DNA of 64,000 bases from Centruroides vittatus. Its lineage: Eukaryota. How positions within the stretch are numbered: the first letter of the stretch is position 1; every line of letters begins with the position of its first letter. The translations under genes were made by a program, and so were the position numbers. The DNA lies in contig NW_027122681.1 of assembly GCF_030686945.1 (NCBI RefSeq), forward strand, positions 1,866,938-1,930,937, read 5' to 3'. The notes beneath the pieces were generated by a model that was not told where the DNA came from, did not search any database, and saw only the letters and a list, made by a program, of their open reading frames with translations. Below are positions 55,151 to 64,000 of this stretch, piece by piece.

Positions 55151-56954
55151 CTGTAAGAAATGAATTATTAAATAATAGGATTATTAATATTTACATCCAA
55201 TTCTTTTCACTTAGCATCATGTTCTAAATGATACAATAGCATTATTTACTGTATTTTAAAATACAGAATGTTCACTTTAACATTTATCCAGAGGTGCACA
55301 CAACTTTCCAGCATTGCATGAGTATACAGTGAATTAGATTCACTGCAATGTTTATAGTAAAATAAATTAATTCATTCAAAAAGAAACATGTTTACATTGT
55401 GCTGTAGTTCTGTGGCAAGGAAATAAGCTATTTTTCCCACCTTTTCCACGCACAAAGATAGAAGAAAATCACTTTAAGAAAATTTACCATAACATACAAA
55501 GAACAAAATATAACATTTGCTTTATTTTATTATAGTATACATTCAAAACATCTTGGTCTTGGTACAGCTGGAAAATTCTTGTGGAGTTTAGGTGATTCTT
55601 GTGCATTTCATCTTGTTTCCCCATAAAGCATAATCATTTTACTGTAATGTTGGTGAGTACAGAACATTGTTGCAGTTCTCTACTAATTAGCAGACTGCAT
55701 AATGTTGGCTCTTTTGTAGTGGCATCATGTGTTGCATCATGATTTGTAAAGATCACATTTTTAATTTGCATTTTGTTTTTATACTTGAAAAGTTTAAGTA
55801 TTGCTGCAGAACTTCCGTATGATTTACACATGTTTCTTTTTGAATCAATTACCATATTTACTCAAATAATCCCTACCAAAGTAATCAGCGCATCCATTTT
55901 TTAAGACACTGATTCAAAAAAAACTTAGTTTATTACAGATTAAAAATAAATTTTACTAATTTATATTGTAACACAATAGCAATCTTCATTCTCGTTGTTC
56001 TGTAGCATTCAATATGGCAGCAATCAGATTAAAATCCCTGATATTAAAAGATAAAAATATCAAGGAAAAATAATTAAAGTATTTGTATATCTGATAAAAA
56101 GAAAATTATTTTGCAATTTGTAATAATGTATTTTATAATAAATTAACTTACTAATAAATTTGAATTAAACAAAGTAAAGTTCAAATTGCAGGTGATAACT
56201 GCTAATTGACCAATAGCTTAAACTAAGAGAAATATAGGTACAAAGATTATATAATGTCAATTTCTGACATATATTTAACTTTATTTATCCTCATTTTCAT
56301 GAAATTACTCACATAAAAGTGTTTTATCAATATAATACTACTTGTAATAAGTAACTATAAATGACAATTTTATTAAGTAAAATCACCCAGTTAATTAATA
56401 ACTCATAGCACTGTAGGTTTTGTCAGTTGCATCACCAAATTTGTTTTGAATAAACCATACATCCCAACTTTTTGTCATGAGTTTTTGGAATAAAATGTGC
56501 AGATTATTTGAGTATATACTGTAATTTATTTTACTGTAAACATTGCAGTGAAACTAATGCACCATAGGCTATGCATATGATTATGCAATGCTAGAAAGAT
56601 CTCTTTTGTACCTGGATAAATGTTAAAGCGAACACCCTGTATAATCTGCTTTATATTAATATTAAATATAAACAAGAACATTATTTATTAATGATATTTA
56701 GTTTAAATTACTACTACTATTTACTTGTATAGCAATACAATCTGCCAATGGCTAAAGAAAACATTTATTCTAATAATGACATTAAAAGAAGAGAAGGCAT
56801 GGAAGCATTTCTGTCGTCAGTACAGCCCTATCCTTGCCGTCTTGATGATGACCTTACTTGAATAAAATTTATTCAAGTAAGGTCATCAAATGACATTAAA
56901 AGTTGAAAACTTGAAAATTACCCATAAACTCCTACTAAAACACCGGATTGTAAA

Positions 56955-57215
56955 TAATTCTTCACCCAAAAACCTATTAACCGGTGCCAGTCCACTTAAA
57001 TTATATGGCAAACGTTTTCGGACACTTCACTTTTTTTTTTTAATTTTTAAATTTTATTCGGTTGGCACGTGCGTAACGGAAATATGACTTCGTTTGTTCG
57101 AAAATTCGTTGTAAGATTAGAAGGCTTGAGGAAGGGCGCAGTGAAGTGTCTGAAAACGTTTGCCATATAATTTAAGTGGACTGGCACCGGTTAATAGGTT
57201 TTTGGGTGAAGAATT
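56955..57215. mobile_element. MITE with ~75-bp perfect terminal inverted repeats
   Basis: AATAATTCTTCACCCAAAAACCTATTAACCGGTGCCAGTCCACTTAAATTATATGGCAAACGTTTTCGGACACTTCAC is followed by a ~110-bp core and then its exact reverse complement ending at 57215. TTGAAAATTACC occurs on both sides (56918 and 57218). Confidence 0.85.
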
Positions 57216-57227
57216 ATTGAAAATTAC

Positions 57228-58219
57228 CTTTCTTTATCTTGACTCTTACTTCTACTTCTTCTATGTTTTTTTGACACCTTTTTCTTTTTCTTTTTATGTC
57301 TGTATTTTTCTTTCTTTTTCTTAACCTTCTTTTCTTTAGGAGTGTCCGAAATTTCCCCAGATGATTCTTCGAAGGAACACGAAAGTGAAGTTTTCTCAGT
57401 ATTAGAAGTGATTTCACCTTCTTCCAAACTATCAACTTTTTCGGGTTTTTCTTGCTCCAGTTTGTGGGGTATCTGAATAGACTTTAGATCTTTAATTACA
57501 ATTTTTCCTTTAGATTTTGATGATGTCTGTTTAGAGTCTTCTTTTGACTTTTCATTGACATTATTAGTTTTCTTTACATCTGACAAAGATGATTCCTCTA
57601 CCGATTTTGAATTCTTTTCAATAGTCTCGGATTGGATTTTTGAATCTTCTACTGTCTTTTTACTTGTATCATTGGATTTTTCTTCTTTTAAGTTAGAAAT
57701 TTCTTCTTCTGTCTTATCATCCGAAGAGCTACTGTTAAAATAATCTAATGAAACTATTGCTTGTTTCTCTTTTAGAGCTTTTGGCTTAATATCATTATCT
57801 TCCTTTTCTTTTTTAATCATAGAATTATTACTGTTTATCGAATCCATTAAGATTGTATTAATTATATTTAGATGATCAGATGATAGCTTACTCTTTTCTA
57901 CTTTGTTTTGAATGTTTGCTGTTTCAGATAAATTAATGTCTCCATTATTTAAATTGTTAGTTTTTGTCAAATCACTTGTTTTAGATTTAACACAATCGTT
58001 GTCCTTTTTCTGCTCTGAAATATCAACTTCTTTACTTATTGTCTGAGTAACAGGAACCTGATCAGATTTCGAACTTGAGACAGTTTTACTTGTGTCAGAA
58101 ACATTAGTTACACATGAAGAGTTTGCTTTTGTTAAATTATCTGAATCACTAATATCTAATTTACTCCTTTTATTACTATGTTTTTCTTCATTTTGATCAC
58201 TATGCTTTCTTTTTCTACT
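57228..58219 (-). CDS. K/R/S-rich nuclear protein gene, large exon (~330 codons, K/S/E-rich low complexity)
   Basis: Acceptor TTAATTATAG. The open frame runs SRKRKHSDQNEEKHSNKRSKLD...KKHRRSRSKSQDKE and ends at the donor AG|GTAATT (phase 2). Confidence 0.65.
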
Positions 58220-58526
58220 CTATAATTAAAAATCATTTCTCTTTAAATAGAAATAGAAATTAAATGGCATTTTATTTATTAATTCAATCAATAAATATAT
58301 TAATTATAACAATACTTCATTTGTTGTTACCCAACATCCATTTCCAAAATCTTACAGCCAATGCACAAGTAGCAAAATTATGACAACAGTAAGCATTGAC
58401 AACAGGATTAACTAACCACCTCAACTGTAAAGACCCTAAGAGATAATTGGAAGAAAAAGTCATTGGCACTGATTGTTATATTGATTTTGCTACCCTTGTG
58501 CATTAGCCTTAAGACAGTACAGCAGA

Positions 58527-58625
58527 GCATCGTTTATCTGAAAGCCGATCAACTGAAACATCGGTTAACCGAAAGCTTTCCAGTCGGACTGTGTCGTGCC
58601 GAATCAAACATTTTTGATAATAGAT
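58527..58625 (-). repeat. Second copy of the GATTCGGCACGACACAGTCCGACTG repeat family (a third partial copy lies at 58868-58900 on the plus strand)
   Basis: The reverse complement aligns with 16497-16580, including the shared terminal ...CGATGCTCTGCTG / CGACTCTCTACTG. Confidence 0.65.
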
Positions 58626-59892
58626 TAACTTCTAAAGTATAATTTATTTGTTTTTATATTTTTTAATATATTTATTTTGTTTGTACAAAATAAAGAAATA
58701 ATTTGTAACGATATGATAGCTTCGATTATTATTATAAAAATTTTCGTTAGGCTTAAAATCAACAAAAATTCAACACGAAGTGACACACAACAGAGAAAGA
58801 TTTCAACGTAGGATAGGTTAATATATTTTTTTGTACATAATTGGTTATCCGAACAACCCCAGTCCCCAATTGATTCGGATAAACGACGCTCTACTGTAAT
58901 TAGTGTTAACCAGTAATAATAATTATCTCTTTCAATCCTGACAGAAATGACCATCTAAGCCAGTTGTCACCTTTATTTTGCCATTTATACATATTAGTCT
59001 TTACAACATATACTTCATGTATGCAATTATACAATACAATTATAAAGAAATAGATGAATTAAGTGCTTAGCTCAAGTTTAGATATGCTTTTTATTAGGAG
59101 ACATTTTGGTTTGATTTTATTCAAACAAAATGTGAAGTAAAAAGTTTATAATAAGGCTTGTTTGTAAGTTCACATACAGTATATAAGAATAAAAGCTAAC
59201 ATTAGCAATAATCTGTTAAATTTTGCAACTATTATAATAAAATCACACATCTATGTTAAGTAATAACAGCTGTTAAAAATATGCAAAAACTTTTTGTTCC
59301 ATCCAATATAATCTTATTAACCACGGCATCTAAGAAGTGTGTGGAAGCAATGAAGCCTAAGAGGAAGTAATATCGACAACTGAGATGAAAAATTAAAAGG
59401 AAAAGTATCATGAAGCATGAAAGCCATACACTTGTGACAGATTTGAAGACCGTGTTTAAAATGCTGAAATTAGCAGTGTATGACCAGTATGTGCAATTTT
59501 CATTTCATTATATAGTATTTATGTATATTATTTTTATTTTCACGTTTTAATTTATTATTAGGGCATTTAATTGTGTTAATTATGTGTATTTGTTGTTTTA
59601 AGTTTATTAAAATGGGTATTGTGTAGGGTCAGGGAATGGATTAATTCACTTTCCATTATTTCAAATGGAAAAAATTGATTTGGAGTTCAAACAGCCTCCT
59701 GGAGTGAATTAAATTTGAAATACAAGACACAACTGTATTGTTAATACTCAATTTTAAGTTATAATTTTATTATTGGAAATTCTTTTTAAAGCAATTTTAG
59801 AACAAATTTTATTTATAGAATAGAATTTCAGAATGATTCAGTTATATTGTGTTACTTTTAAAGTTTTTCATGTGATTCTTTGAATGATTATT

Positions 59893-60040
59893 TTTTTTAT
59901 TTATTTGCTTTTTTCACCCTGTGGCCACTAAGACGACCATATTTTTTCATACCCATTGTGGGTTTGGCAAAGTCCACAAGGGACGGTTGGAGTGAAGGAC
60001 AGGACAGATCATCCGTGAAAAATTTCTGGAGTTTTTCAAT
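59893..60040 (-). mobile_element. SINE fragment related to the same family
   Basis: TTCACCCTGTGGCCACTAAGACGACC...CCCATTGTGGGTTTGGCAAAG...GGACAGGACAG is collinear with the SINE body. Confidence 0.5.
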
Positions 60041-62111
60041 TGGTTTTAAAGTTAATAGAAAAGCATGATAAAATCTATAATCCCAATGATACTGATAACA
60101 GTGTTGAATTTCCAGATACACAAACAATCTAGACTCTAAAACTATTAATTCTTTGATAATGTTCTGGTTCTATCTTTACACACACACAATATGTGTGTAG
60201 ACTTTCTAGCATTATATGTAATTTTATCTATTTTGATAATATTGTTTTATTCTTTTATTTATGTTATCATATACAACTAAATACAATTTATCAAAAGTTA
60301 TTTTTGGATAAAAAAATTATCATATTTTTTTTTATTGATTGATAAAAAAGAATAAGAGATTTGAATAACACTTCATTTTTTTCTTCTATACAGAGATTTT
60401 AATAATAGCAATTAAATTTCCAATCATTGTTGCCCTTTCTGCCTTTTTTAAGTCCCTTTGATGATGGAAGCAAAAAAAAAAGTCCCAGCGAATTCTTCTT
60501 ATACAGCACTTTGTATTTTTTAGTAAATAGATTTTATAATTTTGTAATTTCAGAATACAAAATGAGTCACCAACCTATGGCTTTCGGGCCAAATAAGGCT
60601 CTCCCAAAGCATATTTATTTAGTCTGCATAGTTTGTTTTCATTTACATGTTTTATCATTAACATTCAAACTAATTTAAACAATAAACTTTCAGATATTTT
60701 TAGAACATTTAGAATTTATATATATATATGTTAACTTTTATTTATTTGTGGAAGACTTAAATATTTTAGAACAGCCTACATCGATATTTTGAAGAGTCCG
60801 AAATATCGGTGTAGGTTCTGTCGCAGATTGTACCTTTATTGAAGAGGGATCGGCGAGAATTCCAATCCAAAGTACATTTAAATAAAATATCTGAGAATTA
60901 ATCGTCTTCTTAGTAATTCTTGAACTCAGGTAAACATTGGATTTGAAGGACATAGCATTTCAGTTTATTCATCCAAAAACTCCTTTTAGGTGGTTATAAA
61001 AGTGACTAATTATATCCAGCAAATATTGCTAATTTTAGCTTCCAATTAAAGGATTTAATCTGTTCTTGTGAGACTTTAGACATATTAGTGGTGACATTGC
61101 AGCTGTAAATCTAGATGAAGTGAATATTTTTTTAATTTTTATTTTATGGTGTTTTTATCTATTGCATTGTGTGCAAAATGTCTGGATTTTACAATCTTTG
61201 TTTTCTGAATTAACAATATTATTCTTGCTCAATATAATCAGCATCTCACCCATTTTCTTTTTCTTAACTTATTTTTGTTAATTCCCACAAGTTCTTGAAC
61301 AACTCTGGCTACAGAACGAAGTATTTCAGCCATTATTCTATCAAATTATTGCATTGCTTTCTATGTTCATGTAAATGCTTTGCTTATATTAGAGAACACT
61401 ATCAAATATTATTGTGGTATTTACTCATAAGAAAACTATTGTCATATCAATGCAGTTTGTTAATGTTAAGATCAAGTTGTTCCAGAATTTCTGGTTTTAG
61501 AGTCATACATAAAATGTGATGGTAATAAAGGAGTATAGTTCCCATAGCTGTGCATTAGTATATTTAATACAGCTTAGGAACATTGTAATAAAGTCATAAC
61601 ACCAGATCTTTTAGGCTATAACTTTGCTAATTAAACACATAGATGTAAAGAAATCTGAACTAAAGGTAGTCAATTAAGTCTCCAGATTTAATAATTGGAA
61701 TTAAATGAATGAATTAAAAGTATTGTGGAAGAAAAGATTGATCCAGAGTGGAATTCAAACCCACAGCTCATGCTTACTATGAGATATGTTGCCAATTTCA
61801 CTATCAAGATCTCTGTCTGATCTTTGCTCCCAGATATTTAATAATTCTAATTATTAAATTTAATACAAGATGGCAATGTAATCATCTATCTTTAGCCCAA
61901 TTTACTTTATATCTATGTATTTATTAATAATTAATGGAGTGATGACTTGAAGAGTTATCTTTCAATTAATTTATATTTATCATTTGATCATGAAGCTGAT
62001 TTATTTTTATGCTGACTAGTCTTGTTAATTGAGTTGTTAATATATAGATGATTTAATTAATTAAGGTATTTTATTAACACAGAGTCGTGGAAACAAGTAA
62101 GAAAGCAACTA

Positions 62112-62853
62112 CAAGGGCAGATCAAAAAGTAAGTTGCATTTCCAAGTTATGGCCATTTATTAAACCACCTATACAAAAGCAACACGGCTATGACAGCATA
62201 CAATGTAAGTTCACTTTTCCACATACTTCCCAAGAGATTCTAAACATTTCTCCGAACGAACAACCAACTTTTCGATTCCAGATGCATAGAAATCTCCAGT
62301 GCTATGATGTGGGACCCATCTTTGACACAGTTTACAAAATCCAAGGTCCTTGTGAACAATGGAGAACACACTGCCATATGAAATGTTCAGCATGTTGGCA
62401 ATTTCCCGCAGTTTTATGCGCCGATTCTCTCTAATGATTGCATCCACACGGTCAACACTTGCAACAGTACTGGACGTTACGGGCCTGCCTTTGCGATATT
62501 CGTCCATGATATCCATGCGTCTGGCTTCAAATTGTTGACACCACTTTACAATACCTTGCCGAGAAATTGCACGCTCACCATATACAGCAGTGATTTCACA
62601 ATGAATGTCCATGCAATTAATCTGTTTGGCCCATAGAAATCTGATTGTTGCACGCACCTCCAATGTGGAGTAAACATCCAGTTGACGTGCCATTAATCCT
62701 AGCCCGTTATCCACACACAAGACAGGAAACCACACCAACCTTCCTATCGGACATCTGAGCAGTTACTATCCCTTTCTCTGCATTGCCCAAGATTACGACA
62801 CACAGCGCGCTCTTGCGGCAAGTTAGTGCAACTTACTTTTTGATCTGCTCTCG
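62112..62853 (-). mobile_element. Internally deleted mariner-like element (non-autonomous) with a TA TSD
   Basis: ~27-bp TIRs: CAAGGGCAGATCAAAAAGTAAGTTGCA on the left and its reverse complement at 62827-62853. TA lies at 62110-62111 and 62854-62855. ORF 62211..62738 fuses the mariner N-terminal HTH (RKGRPVTSST...REIANMLNISYGSVFSIVHKDLGFCKLCQRWVPH) directly to the C-terminal tail (DFYASGIEKLVVRSEKCLESLGKYVEK), so the DDE domain is missing. Confidence 0.8.
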
Positions 62854-63699
62854 TACTTATACATTCAAATCCACCAGAAACTGTATTGAGAGATATTTTA
62901 ATCTTTATGTGGAATTAATTATTCTTAATTTTTATTAATTCACTTCAACTTTATTATAAAATTGAAATTATAATGATAATCCTGGAATGAGCAGCTACAC
63001 AGAAAGTTAGTCTGTTTTTTTATGGCAGCAATGGCATGAGCTAGAGTCAAATGTAAATAAACTTTTGAGTTATTGTTATGTTGTTTGTGTTTATTATATT
63101 TAACATTTGATGAACTCAAGTGATTTTTTTCACTGCATATGCTGTTTGAACTTTGAACATTGTTTGAACTCCAAAGTGAATTTTTGCCAGATTTAGCATT
63201 TGAAGTTAGAGTTTTTTGAAGTACCACCTGTATTTTTATCTTATATCAAATTATTACAATTAAGAAAGCTATTGCTATTATTTTTAAAGTAATTTATAAC
63301 AGGAAATCACTTTTTATCACAAATAAAAGCTAACTTTATCTCTAAAAAATTTAGTTAAACCATTTACACTGTGAAAAATTTAAATCCATAGTCAAAGTTA
63401 TAGCCATAAGCTTATTATAGCCCAATAAGAATCCAGCTATATTATTTGATTATTAAGATATATCAGATTTGATTTGATTTTATATATGATTACCCAAATA
63501 TTTAGTTATTGTAAATATTAAATATGAATTATCCATATTTTATTGGATAGCCTTGTATTTCAGATGTATTCAATTTTTTAAAAACATCTGAAATTCATTC
63601 TTTAATGTCAAAATGAAGTATTTCTATAACAGTTAACAATTACATAAAAATTTATTTAATCTATTATTTGTTTTATAATAAATAAATAAACCAACTCAC

Positions 63700-63963
63700 T
63701 TTATGCTTTCGATGACTTTCACTTGAGTGTTTACTTTTTTTCTTTCTTGATCTTTTATGTTTATGCTTTCTCTTTTTACTTTTCCTCTCTCTTTTCTTTT
63801 TCTTCTCAACATAACTATATTTGCTATCATTACTACTACTGTTTTCATTTGTTTCTACATTTGTTTTGATATCTGTCATTTGGTCCATTTTTTTTGCAAA
63901 GAATTCGGCTAATATATCACCCACTTGAAGCGGTGAATTAGTATTTTCTGTATCTTTCATCAT
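63700..63963 (-). CDS. K/R/S-rich nuclear (RS-like) protein gene, exon 1
   Basis: MMKDTENTNSPLQVGDILAEFFAKKMDQMTD...KKKKRERKSKKRKHKHKRSRKKKSKHSSESHRKHK with a GTGAGT donor, phase 0. Confidence 0.55.
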
Positions 63964-64000
63964 AATTCCTAAAAAATTAAATAGAAATATCTAAAAATTT

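Noticed and set aside
57214-57435. ORF 57214..57435 (K/R-rich, 73 aa) and ORF 57555..57743 (plus strand)
   Set aside because: These are alternative-frame or antisense readings of the K/S/E-rich low-complexity exon at 57228-58219.

Overview
This is a eukaryotic, AT-rich window that looks like an arthropod accessory region; coordinates derived from my own alignments are approximate to a few bp. The arthropod guess rests on a (TTAGG)n-type telomeric motif, tRNA-derived SINEs and the particular TE superfamilies present. It is a dense nest of mobile elements with a few multi-exon host genes between them. Start to end: (1) a 1.6-kb satellite of 30-bp monomers carrying a TGACGTAA core. (2) A ~9.8-kb degenerate Ty3/gypsy LTR retrotransposon on the minus strand, with ~170-bp LTRs at 5170-5338 and 14762-14935, a frameshifted PR-RT-RH-IN pol and a gag broken by two SINE insertions. 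Its interior also holds a GC-rich island, an interstitial telomeric (CCTAA)n tract and paired short repeats. (3) A cluster of tRNA-derived SINEs with clear target-site duplications, plus a foldback MITE family with ~105-bp arms. (4) A 4.6-kb element at 17909-22545 bounded by ~70-bp imperfect TIRs that carries two convergent two-exon genes: a THAP + DDE_Tnp_4-like transposase and a SAP + SWIM zinc-finger + YqaJ (lambda-exonuclease-like) protein. This is the most interesting system in the window. (5) An F-box exon. (6) A Penelope-like retroelement (RT + GIY-YIG) with a head-to-head inverted 5'-truncated copy. (7) A WD40-repeat gene on the plus strand with a MITE in an intron. (8) A G-patch gene on the minus strand. 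(9) An R2/R4-superfamily non-LTR retrotransposon (intact 1232-aa ORF with RT, CCHC finger and a PD-(D/E)xK restriction-like endonuclease) that ends in a (TAA)n tail. A 5'-truncated second copy sits exactly in that tail, head-to-tail. (10) A complete Harbinger/PIF element at 48523-52720 with 22-bp TIRs, a CTA TSD, a 4-exon Myb/SANT-like gene and a 2-exon HARBI1-like transposase. (11) A six-exon lysine/serine/arginine-rich nuclear-protein gene on the minus strand (63963 to 53137). Its introns hold an internally deleted mariner and a 75-bp-TIR MITE. There is no evidence of prokaryotic features such as CRISPR or operons. The ORF track treats GTG/TTG as Met in places, and many listed ORFs are antisense or repeat-translation artefacts.
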